A DNA stretch of 64,000 nt from assembly GCA_040220235.1 (NCBI GenBank), contig JAVJTO010000055.1; one strand, written 5' to 3'. Positions 33,464 through 42,341 of the stretch are shown piece after piece. The stretch comes from Coleofasciculus sp. B1-GNL1-01 (GTDB lineage: Bacteria > Cyanobacteriota > Cyanobacteriia > Cyanobacteriales > Coleofasciculaceae). Both the position numbers and the translations under genes were made by a program. The notes below the pieces were generated by a model. That model saw only the letters and a program-made list of their open reading frames with translations, made no database searches and was not told the DNA's origin. Position 1 is the first letter of the stretch; each line of letters opens with the position of its first letter.

Positions 33464-34243
33464 TCAAAACTGAAACAAATCGACGCCGGGACGTAGGAGA
33501 TTGGGGACGATAGGGCGGTTGAGCCAATGGCTATCCGATTGCAGGATGGTGGTTGAAAAGCTAGGACGGACGTATTTGTAACGAGCCGTTACAGCCGCTC
33601 CCTCTTCAACTTTGATATATAACCCTTCCATCAGGGGACTGGGGTCAGTTTGTTTGAGACTTCGCTCCACATCCAATCCCCGTTCCTCACAGGCTTGACG
33701 GAAGCGTTCTAAATGTCCTGACTCAATGAAATTCGAGTGACCCAGCAATCCCATTAGCTGCTTGTAGGATGTTAATACACCGGAAAACAGGACGGGTACG
33801 GAAACCAGGGGTAATCCGGCGAGTAACTCCTGGCGACGTTGGGTACTGAGAAACTGCTGCTGTTCAACATCTAGCACATCAAATTCTAAGAAATAATGGG
33901 GTAAGGCGTCGTAAAAGACGGTGTGTTTGGCATAGAGCCATTCGCCATAGAGGATGTAGCGATCGCCCAGAACCTGCCAAAACGTTCCAGTATGACTGTA
34001 CGCCCATTGTTTGAACAAGTTAAAGTGTTTTTCTCGCTCTCCTCCAGTTAAATAATGTCCCCGGCTTTGCAACAGCATTTGCCCATCAGGAGTAAAACTG
34101 ATGGCAGCATTGGCTCCATCTACTTTTTCTTCGACTACCACATATTGAGAGGCGATCGCGCTGAAAGGCACGTTATCCAAGTCTTCATCCCCCGGTTGGA
34201 GCCGTGAACCTTGGATATGAGGGGTGCGAGGGAATTTGTACAT
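33464..34243 (-). CDS. ATP-dependent RNA ligase family protein
   Basis: KFPRTPH N-terminus; motif I EEKVDGAN; LYGEW, FLEFDV, MEGLYIK, RYKYVR. Confidence 0.88.
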   Translation of the reverse strand: MYKFPRTPHIQGSRLQPGDEDLDNVPFSAIASQYVVVEEKVDGANAAISFTPDGQMLLQSRGHYLTGGEREKHFNLFKQWAYSHTGTFWQVLGDRYILYGEWLYAKHTVFYDALPHYFLEFDVLDVEQQQFLSTQRRQELLAGLPLVSVPVLFSGVLTSYKQLMGLLGHSNFIESGHLERFRQACEERGLDVERSLKQTDPSPLMEGLYIKVEEGAAVTARYKYVRPSFSTTILQSDSHWLNRPIVPNLLRPGVDLFQF

Positions 34244-34257
34244 CAAATAACAGAAGC

Positions 34258-34347
34258 GTGAACTACTTCAGGTTTAGCGTAGCGGAACCGAGAGCTTCTG
34301 GCTTCACGAGGGAATGTTTCAAGACGGACTTATACCCAACTTTTGAT
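34258..34347 (-). mobile_element. IS605/TnpB right-end (omegaRNA-like) remnant
   Basis: Minus strand reads ..TAAGTCCGTC..CGTGAAGCCAGAAGCTC..GTAGTTCAC, a typical IS605-group 3' end. Confidence 0.55.
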
Positions 34348-34348
34348 A

Positions 34349-34975
34349 TTACCTACCAGCCTTCAACACCTGTTCAGCCGTTAGTTTTAAATCTGGGAAG
34401 GTTGGAGAGACAATAGTCTGATTGCCCCGAAACTGCTGAATTTCATACTCCCCATCCACTAACCTACAGACAGAGAGAGTGGGTTGTTTAGGTTTTCCAA
34501 TATGTCGAGTACCACCTAATCCTGCATAGTCTGCTATCCAATATTCGCAAATGCCCAAAACTGCGTAGTCTTCGACCTTACGGGCATAATCATTTTGCCA
34601 GTTGCTACTAACTACTTCTGCCACAAATTTAATCGAACTGCCTAGCGTTAGGATTGATTGCTCAGACCAAAGCGGTTCTTTGACGAGTTCATCTCGATCA
34701 ACAACTGCAACGTCAGGTCGAAATGCTGTCATACCAACGTTAGAAGGGCGCAATAGTCCCCGCTGAAAGACAAACCAAGGTAAGCCTATTGCGTCAATCT
34801 GGACACAGATATTTGCGCTAATGAAGGCTACAATTTCTTCATGTAAACCTGTTGGTTCCAAATCGAACACCTCTCCGTCGATCAGTTCGTAGCGGTTATC
34901 GCTACCATGACGAGCGAGAAACTCGTCAAAGCTAAGTGGCTTCTGTTGAATTGCCGGATCGACTGCAATGGTCAT
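34349..34975 (-). CDS. Uma2 family endonuclease
   Basis: YELIDGEV, RPDVAV, VAEVVSSNWQNDY..KVEDYAVLGICEYWIAD. Confidence 0.93.
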   Translation of the reverse strand: MTIAVDPAIQQKPLSFDEFLARHGSDNRYELIDGEVFDLEPTGLHEEIVAFISANICVQIDAIGLPWFVFQRGLLRPSNVGMTAFRPDVAVVDRDELVKEPLWSEQSILTLGSSIKFVAEVVSSNWQNDYARKVEDYAVLGICEYWIADYAGLGGTRHIGKPKQPTLSVCRLVDGEYEIQQFRGNQTIVSPTFPDLKLTAEQVLKAGR

Positions 34976-35026
34976 AGGTCAACTGAGTCCAATTAATGCC
35001 TTAAGTCTACCAAATCGAGTATGTGA

Positions 35027-35131
35027 TATAGCAACCGCCATGGCGGTTAGGACACATCATTTATGTAGAGACGTTGCATTTTAGTCTCTACAATGGTGCC
35101 GAAAGTCCTAATCGATGTGTCTACTGCTATA
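35027..35131. mobile_element. MITE (TATAGC...GCTATA family)
   Basis: TATAGC..TTAGGAC / GTCCTAA..GCTATA; internal GTAGAGAC..GTCTCTAC palindrome. Confidence 0.7.
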
Positions 35132-35459
35132 CATAGGACGAATCAAACCTCTGATTGCTTTGCCCCAGAATATTGACAAACTTTCGACTAGAAACCAACC
35201 AAAAATTCAGTCATCTAAGGTTCCGGTTGAGCGGAGACTAACCAACTTGAACGATAGACGAAGAGACTTTTTCTAAGAAATAATCGGGAAAGGAGTCGTA
35301 CAAGACGGCGTGTTTGCTGTATGGTATGGCGGTAGTTAGATAGTTGTTTGCCCTGAGATCGCAGTTCTATGAGTTGAGCGATGGTCGCTACGCGAACCGC
35401 CTTCGGCATCGCCAACGCTATCCTCGTATTATCTCCTATGAATCTATAAGCCTGGAAAA

Positions 35460-35813
35460 ATGCAATTAGAAGATTATTTTGATTTCCTCAGTCCTGATGA
35501 CATTCGGATAAAAGGCACAAGAATAGGGATTGAAACTGTTTTATATGATTTCATCCATCGGTGTCGCACCCCAGAGGAAATTGCCCAGAGTTATCGAACC
35601 CTAGATTTAGAACAAGTCTACGCTACGATTCTATACTATCTGCACAACAAAGAAGCAGTCAGTACCTACCTTGCTAATTGGATTGAGCATGGTCGCAGGA
35701 TGCGAGAGGAACAAAAATACAATCCTCCACCTGTTTCTGAAAAACTGCGGAAACTGAGAGCAGAAAGAGAAGCAATGAGGAAAGCAAGTGGCACTGAAGT
35801 ATCTTTTAGATGA
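35460..35813 (+). CDS. DUF433 antitoxin-like protein
   Basis: IRIKGTRIGIETVL..TPEEIAQSY.TLDLEQVYATILYY. Confidence 0.9.
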   Translation: MQLEDYFDFLSPDDIRIKGTRIGIETVLYDFIHRCRTPEEIAQSYRTLDLEQVYATILYYLHNKEAVSTYLANWIEHGRRMREEQKYNPPPVSEKLRKLRAEREAMRKASGTEVSFR

Positions 35814-36251
35814 GAACGTCGATCGAGTTTATCAAACTCAACTTTTGCGGCAATATCCTGAATTAATTGTTCTTATGGTAGGAGAGCCTGGTAAGCTGTC
35901 ATGCATTTAAATTGGGTATTAGTAGCGAGCAAGATGCTCGCACTACAAGGATTTCATGATTATTGATATTAAGGTTTAAATGCCGAACAGCTTAATCCTC
36001 CCAAAAGCACGCCAGATCCTGAAATTTTATGCTGGTGTGAAGCCAATGGGTTTGTTTTGGTGACTAATAATCGTGCTTCTATGCCTGTACATTTAGCCGA
36101 TCATCTTGCTCAAAATCGCCACATACCTGGTATTTTTATTCTCAATCCCGATCTAGGCATTGGTGGAAATCTCGAAGAATTAATTTTAGCTGCTCTTGCT
36201 TCCGAAGACCATGAGTATCAGGATCGGATTATTTATTTACCTCTGCCATAG
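35788..36251 (+). pseudogene. DUF5615 PIN-like toxin interrupted by a MITE
   Basis: MALKYLLDENV...GEPG | NPPKSTPDPEILCWC..LVTNN; removing the insertion restores the frame. Confidence 0.88.
35892..35994. mobile_element. MITE with 20-bp TIRs and TA target duplication
   Basis: TAAGCTGTCATGCATTTAAA ... TTTAAATGCCGAACAGCTTA (17/20 match); net 101-bp insertion. Confidence 0.9.
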
Positions 36252-36360
36252 AGGATGTAGCGATCGCCCAGCACCTGCCGAAACGTTCCAGTATGACTGT
36301 ACGCCCATTGTTTGAACAAGTTAAAGTCTTTTTCTCGCTCTCCTCCAGTTAAATATGTCC
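36245..36360 (-). repeat. Diverged duplicate of an internal RNA ligase segment (33944-34060)
   Basis: 116/117-bp direct repeat with a few substitutions and a 1-bp indel. Confidence 0.95.
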
Positions 36361-36570
36361 GTTGCGAATTCGTTCCTTAGCTGCTTCCCATGAACTACCT
36401 GAGCCAGGATTCTGCAAATAGGAAGCCTTTCTCTTTGCCAGCTCTTCTTTTTGCCAATCAAGCACAGGAATTTGCTCTGGAATTTGGGCAATGCTGTCCC
36501 ATAAATCTTCCAGCAGTTGTAGTTTTTCCGAGAGGGTTAACTCAAACATTTGAGTGAACTCTGTGTTCAT
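36349..36570 (-). CDS. Addiction-module antitoxin-like protein (TIGR02574-like)
   Basis: LTLSEKLQLLEDLWDSI..WQKEELAKR..SWEAAKERI. Confidence 0.85.
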   Translation of the reverse strand: MNTEFTQMFELTLSEKLQLLEDLWDSIAQIPEQIPVLDWQKEELAKRKASYLQNPGSGSSWEAAKERIRNGHI

Positions 36571-36769
36571 GCTGACCTCACCATCGCAATCGGTGTCTTG
36601 CTTCAAGTTTATCACCGATAACGATATTGCTTCCTCCTCAACGGCGGATGTGCTTGAGGCGGCAAAATGTGCAGGTCAAGAACTGGCTCGATGGTTAGAG
36701 CAATCTAGAAAAGTTGGGTTGAGTCTGTCAAGTCCTTGCTTGTGAATCAGTCGGTAACGTGAAATCCAA

Positions 36770-36869
36770 CATGGCTCGATTAAGCGATCGCACTCTTGTT
36801 TGAGGTGGAGAAGCAGTGATGAGTGTCAGGTTTCATCCCGCAACCCAACCGACAAGATCGGGCGATCGC
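36770..36869. repeat. ~100-bp HIP1-bounded dispersed repeat, copy A
   Basis: Near-identical to 40268-40367; right half also at 37599-37670. Confidence 0.9.
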
Positions 36870-36895
36870 TCACCCAGGATCTTTTCTGAGGCAAT

Positions 36896-37534
36896 TCATG
36901 AATTGTCCCTACACCCAGATGTTATTGCCTCTAATTCCAGTTCGCATTGCCTAAACACATAATTTAGTGCTGCAAAAAGTTGTTCGAGATTATATATCGT
37001 ATAAGCTGCAAAATTCTTGGTAAAACGATTGTTTTGGAGTTTGCCAAACTGCCAAAGCTGACCATTCGATACGATTCCGTATATCGTCTGCTGTTCAGAT
37101 TGGTCATTCATCTTCTGAATCGCCACCATTTCAGCTAAACATTGACCCCATCCTTTAGTAAAATCATCCCGTTTAGCTTCAACAGCGACAAAAAACGGCT
37201 GCTCAAATATTTCTTTTCCTAGAGGCGATCGCTTGGCTATGATATAGTCAGGTACACCGGATAATTTTTCATTATAAATTAGTGACTTGTGGCTCCACAA
37301 AGTAAACTTATCTCGATAAAGCCGATAAAGCTCTTTGAGGACTGGAAAAATAATCGTTTCACAAATCGCATATTCTGACTCCTCAAAGGTTAATTCTTTC
37401 AGGCAAAATTCTAAATCTTCTCTAAATGATTCTCGAATATCAATTTTGCTTTCGATAATATAGTTTGTTTCTGAGGAAGTAATCTCATACTCTTTGAGGA
37501 CTTCCCCAAGATTTTTGTAGGATTCAAAAGACAC
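36896..37534 (-). CDS. Restriction-endonuclease-like hypothetical protein
   Basis: GVPDYII..AVEAKRDDF..GWGQCLAEMVA..YGIVSNG.LWQFGKL. Confidence 0.8.
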   Translation of the reverse strand: MSFESYKNLGEVLKEYEITSSETNYIIESKIDIRESFREDLEFCLKELTFEESEYAICETIIFPVLKELYRLYRDKFTLWSHKSLIYNEKLSGVPDYIIAKRSPLGKEIFEQPFFVAVEAKRDDFTKGWGQCLAEMVAIQKMNDQSEQQTIYGIVSNGQLWQFGKLQNNRFTKNFAAYTIYNLEQLFAALNYVFRQCELELEAITSGCRDNS

Positions 37535-37598
37535 AATAACAGATTACCTTTTTGACTTTAATTTGGTATTAAGTAGATGGACAAAATTCAAGTATCCT

Positions 37599-37670
37599 TG
37601 TCGGGTTTCATCCTTCAACCCAACCGAAAAAATCGGGCGATCGCATATTGAGTGCATGGGCATTGTTCAA
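37599..37670. repeat. Dispersed repeat, copy B (partial)
   Basis: TGTCGGGTTTCATCCTTCAACCCAACCG..GCGATCGCATATTG.GTGCATGGG.ATTGTTCAA matches 40322-40393. Confidence 0.9.
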
Positions 37671-38002
37671 GCAGCACCATAGTCTGTGTACTGCCGTTTG
37701 TAAGGAGGCTGTAAACCCAACACAATATCTTCTCTCTTGACACCCATTCCAACCAAATCCTCAGCAGGATTCTGGTCTGTCAGATTCTGCTGAAGCCAAA
37801 TTTTTCCGTCTTTGATATCAAAATGGACAATACAACGATAAACTCGGTTAAGCTGTTGCCATCCCACATTCATCCATTGGTAATGATCCCGCTCCGTGTC
37901 CAAGATAAGTTGCACTTCGACCTCATCATCCGAAACATCATCCTTGGCGTACTGGCTCAGTAATGTCTGAATGTACTCCCGATATTGAGCTACCTTGTCC
38001 AT
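37667..38002 (-). CDS. xisI: XisI-family protein
   Basis: DTERDHYQWMNVGW..HFDIKDGKIWLQQN.T..LV.MGV.REDIVLG. Confidence 0.93.
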   Translation of the reverse strand: MDKVAQYREYIQTLLSQYAKDDVSDDEVEVQLILDTERDHYQWMNVGWQQLNRVYRCIVHFDIKDGKIWLQQNLTDQNPAEDLVGMGVKREDIVLGLQPPYKRQYTDYGAA

Positions 38003-38130
38003 TGCACTATCACCTCATTAACTGGATCATACACAATTATCAAGACCTGATACCGTTGCAGGTGCAGTTTGAGTAAATTCGTATTGAAAAACGTTTGGTA
38101 AACATCAACTGGAACTGCCAAGTATAGGCT
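37990..38130 (-). pseudogene. xisH: XisH C-terminal remnant
   Basis: LYLAVPVDVYQTFF..IIVYDPVNEVIVQW overlapping the xisI start; 5' part missing. Confidence 0.8.
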
Positions 38131-38157
38131 GATTCATAACCATTTAAAGAGTTGTTT

Positions 38158-38787
38158 TCAAGATTGAAGCCAACTTCGCAAGATATTAATTACCACTGGA
38201 GTAAAAGGTTCCATCTGACTCTGTTGGGGTTGTGATAGCTCATCGATTAACATCTCTAAAAGTTCTTCATCCTCTAAGCCTTCATCGGGGTCTATACCAT
38301 TTGTCCATAATAAAGCATTAGACAATTGCTTGCGTTTTTCGATCAAGGCACGGTTATGTTTTTCGTGATCTCCCAAGTTTAAGACTCGGATCGTATCGGT
38401 TGCCCGCTCGCTTAACCCTTCTACCCGACCACTAATTTTAAAGCGAAGTTCTGTTTCACATTCTATCATCAGAGGAGTTAGGGGTAGGGGTTGAGATTTA
38501 TGAGCATCACCGCATTGATTAGAGGTATTACAACTGGCGACAATATTTGAAAAGTCAACTGTGCGTCTAGGATTCAATTTTTGAGCTTCTATATGCTCAT
38601 TGTGGCAAGCATCAATATCTTGGATGCGCTGGCAACAATAGGCACAAAGGTAGAATTGTTCTGATAGAGCATATTGCCGAATAGTTCGGCGAATCTCTTC
38701 GGTTAACTGGTTGTAGCGTCCGTGAGGGTTTGCTCGTTTCCAAACTGTTAAGCTGGAGGGTTCAGTCCCTTTACTAATGGTTCGCAT
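38158..38787 (-). CDS. ptuB: HNH endonuclease, PtuB/Septu-like (TIGR02646-like)
   Basis: EQFYLCAYCC..HNEHI..NIVASC..QCGDAHK; start overlaps the ATPase stop by 14 nt. Confidence 0.85.
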   Translation of the reverse strand: MRTISKGTEPSSLTVWKRANPHGRYNQLTEEIRRTIRQYALSEQFYLCAYCCQRIQDIDACHNEHIEAQKLNPRRTVDFSNIVASCNTSNQCGDAHKSQPLPLTPLMIECETELRFKISGRVEGLSERATDTIRVLNLGDHEKHNRALIEKRKQLSNALLWTNGIDPDEGLEDEELLEMLIDELSQPQQSQMEPFTPVVINILRSWLQS

Positions 38788-40144
38788 GACGCAATTCTTG
38801 TTTACGGATCAGCAATTTTGCTTTGACCAATTCCAGATGATTTGCGGGTAGTTCCTCAGTTAATTTGGCGAGTCGTTGTTGAGCCTCGGTTAGCTTTGAA
38901 TCTTGTATGGCATCCAGCAGATCGTTCAGTTCAGCATCAATTTTCTGATTACGGATGCTGGTATCCATAACATCTAATAAGACCGTATTAGCATCTTGCC
39001 CATACTGAGAGGGCAATTGTCGCAATTCACCATTGGTTAAGGTGTAAACCAAAACATTTTTACAGTCACTGATCACCAGAGGTGAATGGGTAGTCAGCAC
39101 AAACTGACAATTTGGGAACGTTGCGATTAGGCGATCGCACAGGCTGCGTTGCCAAGAGGGATGCAGGTGCAAATCGACTTCATCAATCAAGACGATACCA
39201 TCTCCTGCTAGAGGATTCTCCAAAGCAGGGTTCAGCATGGCTAAACGGCGAGCAATATCACCAACCAGAGCCATGAGAGATTTTTCGCCTTGTGAAAGTT
39301 GGGCGACATTCAGGGTTTCACCGTTTTTATCAATCGCCATGTAGAGACGGGGTTTACGACGGACTCTCAGGTTGTCCATCTGGGGCATAAATCGGCGAAT
39401 GGCGGTGCGAACTGCGGTTAATTGCCGATCTTTGGCTGAGGCATTGAGTTCGTTTAACCGTTGCCATGCGTCTGGATTGGTTTCCAATAGTGGTTTCAGT
39501 TGGTTGAGAACATCTTCAGGCATTGCTGATTCATTTTCGGTATCTTCCCGTTCCCGAAACCACTCAAAAAAGCGGCGAAAGTCAACCCCCTGACTTAAAG
39601 AGTTATCGTAACCATCGAGTTGCAAGAAGGTATGCTTTGTCCTAATTTTTAGGGGAATATCAAGTACAACGCGCTCGACAGGGTAAAACGCAATGATGGG
39701 CAGGCTAGTTTTGTGATCACGGGTAAGGGCATCACGGTAACGATTGGCTAAGCGAGTGCAGTCGTTGAGATGGCTAGTGTACCGGGCTTTACGTCCTGTT
39801 CTATTTTTGGCTAAAGTCCACTTGAAGTGATGCTGGATCTCGTTTTGATTCGGATTGTCTGATGTTCCAGAAGCATCACAAATTTCTATTTCAATACTGG
39901 CGGCGTTGGCGGTGTTAAGTATGGCATCTTCCGGGATAGGGTTACCACTACCCTTTTCTGTACGTAAACGAGCAGTAAACCAACTCAGGGAAATAGCTAA
40001 GGCTTTCAATACAGAGGTTTTACCCGCGCCGTTATTACCCACAAAGACAGTGATGTTGCTGGGATTTTGCTCGGTGGGTGCTAAAGGAATTTCCAGGTTT
40101 TCAAATAGCCCAATGTTATTTAAGATAACCCGTTGGATTTCCAT
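38774..40144 (-). CDS. ptuA: ABC/AAA ATPase, PtuA/Septu-like
   Basis: GNNGAGKT, LSQGEK, LIDEVDLHLHPSWQ, TTHSP; coupled to the HNH gene. Confidence 0.87.
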   Translation of the reverse strand: MEIQRVILNNIGLFENLEIPLAPTEQNPSNITVFVGNNGAGKTSVLKALAISLSWFTARLRTEKGSGNPIPEDAILNTANAASIEIEICDASGTSDNPNQNEIQHHFKWTLAKNRTGRKARYTSHLNDCTRLANRYRDALTRDHKTSLPIIAFYPVERVVLDIPLKIRTKHTFLQLDGYDNSLSQGVDFRRFFEWFREREDTENESAMPEDVLNQLKPLLETNPDAWQRLNELNASAKDRQLTAVRTAIRRFMPQMDNLRVRRKPRLYMAIDKNGETLNVAQLSQGEKSLMALVGDIARRLAMLNPALENPLAGDGIVLIDEVDLHLHPSWQRSLCDRLIATFPNCQFVLTTHSPLVISDCKNVLVYTLTNGELRQLPSQYGQDANTVLLDVMDTSIRNQKIDAELNDLLDAIQDSKLTEAQQRLAKLTEELPANHLELVKAKLLIRKQELRHANH

Positions 40145-40267
40145 AGCGGTAACGTTCAAACCTCTGAGGTTTTCGACATTGACAACAGTACCTCAAACGG
40201 TACTTGAAGGCACTTACCCCTATTATGGTCTCAAAACAGTTGCACGTAGCCAGTTTCATCCCAGTCT

Positions 40268-40393
40268 CATGACTCGATTGAGTGATCGCACTCTTGTTTG
40301 AGGTGGAGAAGCAGTGATGAGTGTCAGGTTTCATCCTTCAACCCAACCGACAAGATCGCGCGATCGCATATTGGGTGCATGGGTATTGTTCAA
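40268..40393. repeat. Dispersed repeat, copy C (longest)
   Basis: Spans the sequences of both copy A and copy B. Confidence 0.9.
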
Positions 40394-40602
40394 CGGCGAC
40401 GTGCCTTAAACCTGAGTGGGTCATCAGTACACTGCTCTTTTTGAAGCGCTCGTTTGGTTTTTATGCAAAAATACCGCTAGTTGTTGCAAAACTTTACAGG
40501 CTGGTGAGTGTGTAGCACGGACGTGAAACTCACTCGTGGCAAACAGTAAAAAGTTTGCCTTATCTAAGGGCGCTGTCAACGTAAGTAGTGTGTACAGGAG
40601 CA

Positions 40603-41460
40603 ATGGAATCAAACGTTTTAACCGCAATTTTTCTTCCCTTAGCCCTATTTATCATTATGCTGGGTATGGGATTAGGGTTGACAGTTGATGATTTCAAGCG
40701 GGTACTGGTTGAACCATTAGCCGCAATTCTTGGACTCATTGCTCAGCTTATCATGCTGCCCGCCGTAGGCTTTTTACTGGCTAGCCTTTTCCCGCTTTCT
40801 CCAGAATTGGCGGTTGGCGTAATGGTTTTAGCGGCTTGCCCTGGCGGACCCACATCCAACCTGGTAACCTACTTAGTACAGGGTAACGTTGCCCTATCGA
40901 TTACGCTGACGGCAATTAGCAGCGTGATTACAGTATTTACGATTCCTTTGGTCGTTAACCTAGCGATGCAGCGTTTTCTGGGGGAGGCTACTATCCTAGA
41001 GCTACCCTTCTTGACGACGGTCATTCAAATTGCTGTCATTACCCTGATTCCAGTGATATTAGGCATGGTAATTCACCACTACGCTCCTCGTTTTGCGGCT
41101 TATGTGGAAAAGTGGGTCAAGTGGCTCTCTCTATTCTTTTTAGCCCTAATTATCGTGGGTTTGTTGGCAGCAGAACGCGCTAATGTTGCCAGCTTCTTCT
41201 TGAAAGTGGGCTGGGTTACCCTCGCTTTAAACATGAGTACAATGCTACTGGGGTTTGCACTCGCCACCTTGGCTAAGCTAGATATCCGCAGCGCCAAAGC
41301 CATTACGGTAGAAGTCGGTATTCAAAACGGTACTTTAGCCATTACCATTGCCAGCGCACCAACTCTTTTGAACACGCCAAGCATGGCTATTCCAGCCGCC
41401 ATCTATAGCTTAATCATGTTCGCAACAAGTGCCGTCTTTGCTGGGTTAGCGCGACGTTGA
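40603..41460 (+). CDS. Bile acid:sodium symporter family transporter
   Basis: MLGMGLGL, ACPGGPTSN, EVGIQNG. Confidence 0.93.
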   Translation: MESNVLTAIFLPLALFIIMLGMGLGLTVDDFKRVLVEPLAAILGLIAQLIMLPAVGFLLASLFPLSPELAVGVMVLAACPGGPTSNLVTYLVQGNVALSITLTAISSVITVFTIPLVVNLAMQRFLGEATILELPFLTTVIQIAVITLIPVILGMVIHHYAPRFAAYVEKWVKWLSLFFLALIIVGLLAAERANVASFFLKVGWVTLALNMSTMLLGFALATLAKLDIRSAKAITVEVGIQNGTLAITIASAPTLLNTPSMAIPAAIYSLIMFATSAVFAGLARR

Positions 41461-41612
41461 CAAGCAAGAGGAGGCGATTGAAATCGCTGCTACACAAACA
41501 AAGTCCGCCTGCGCGGACTGGGTAATAACGGGGGTAGCGTTCCCCGGATTTGGTATAAAGCGGCAACAAAGGAAGCCTACAACCGTACCCATAGGATCGG
41601 TGTAGGAGGACG

Positions 41613-42092
41613 TCACAGCTTCTTGAAGTATCTGGCAACTGGTAATAGCTCGAAACCTACCTTTTCATAGGTGTGACGGGCTGGGGCATGACCAGGATCG
41701 CCTCCAGTTTCAACCATAGCAATAGACATCCCAGCATCTTTCATCCAAGCCAGAGCAAATTCTATCAAAGCACTACCAATGCCGTGACCTTGAAAGTCTG
41801 GATCGACAGCAACCATGTAGATTTCACCCATGCTGTCCTCTGAGTGTAGTTTCACAGCTACAAAGCCCACAGTAGAATCGGCATCGATAGCAACCCATAC
41901 ATTCGTATCTTCCGCAGCACAGACATCCTCGACAGCTTTTTGCTGACTCACACGCCAATGATTGGGATAGAATGCCTGGTACACATCAGCGTTCATCACG
42001 TTCTGAATCGAATCAAAGACCGGAGTCCATGCCCGAAGCGAAAGACGAATAATAGCATCCAGGTGGCGAGGGTCGTATGGTTCAATTTGCAT
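41613..42092 (-). CDS. GNAT family N-acetyltransferase
   Basis: VAVDPDFQGHGIGSAL, YEKVGF. Confidence 0.92.
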   Translation of the reverse strand: MQIEPYDPRHLDAIIRLSLRAWTPVFDSIQNVMNADVYQAFYPNHWRVSQQKAVEDVCAAEDTNVWVAIDADSTVGFVAVKLHSEDSMGEIYMVAVDPDFQGHGIGSALIEFALAWMKDAGMSIAMVETGGDPGHAPARHTYEKVGFELLPVARYFKKL

Positions 42093-42341
42093 TCCCAGAT
42101 GAACTCCAGTTAACTCTGCAAGCTTTATCGGTTATACTACAATATGCTACAAAATCGGATAGCTTGGCTTTGAATGTTTACCTAGCAGAAGCAACGGCTA
42201 TTTCTTCCAAGGAAACTTGGTGCCCATCTCAGTTAGCGCCGAAAAGACGAGATAAAGGATGAGTACACCAACGCTTAGGTTTAGGGGAAGCAATCAACTA
42301 CAACCCATTACGTTAGGTATAACAAGAGGGAATATCAAACC

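Noticed and set aside
36575..36765. Possible gene remnant upstream of the addiction-module antitoxin
   Set aside because: Short broken frames with no recognisable motif; cannot be assigned
37667..38130. xisHI as evidence of a developmentally excised element
   Set aside because: No recombinase nearby, xisH is truncated, and xisHI pairs are common dispersed modules
38158..40400. Complete retron system
   Set aside because: No reverse transcriptase ORF (no YADD-type motif) and no convincing msr-msd inverted repeats
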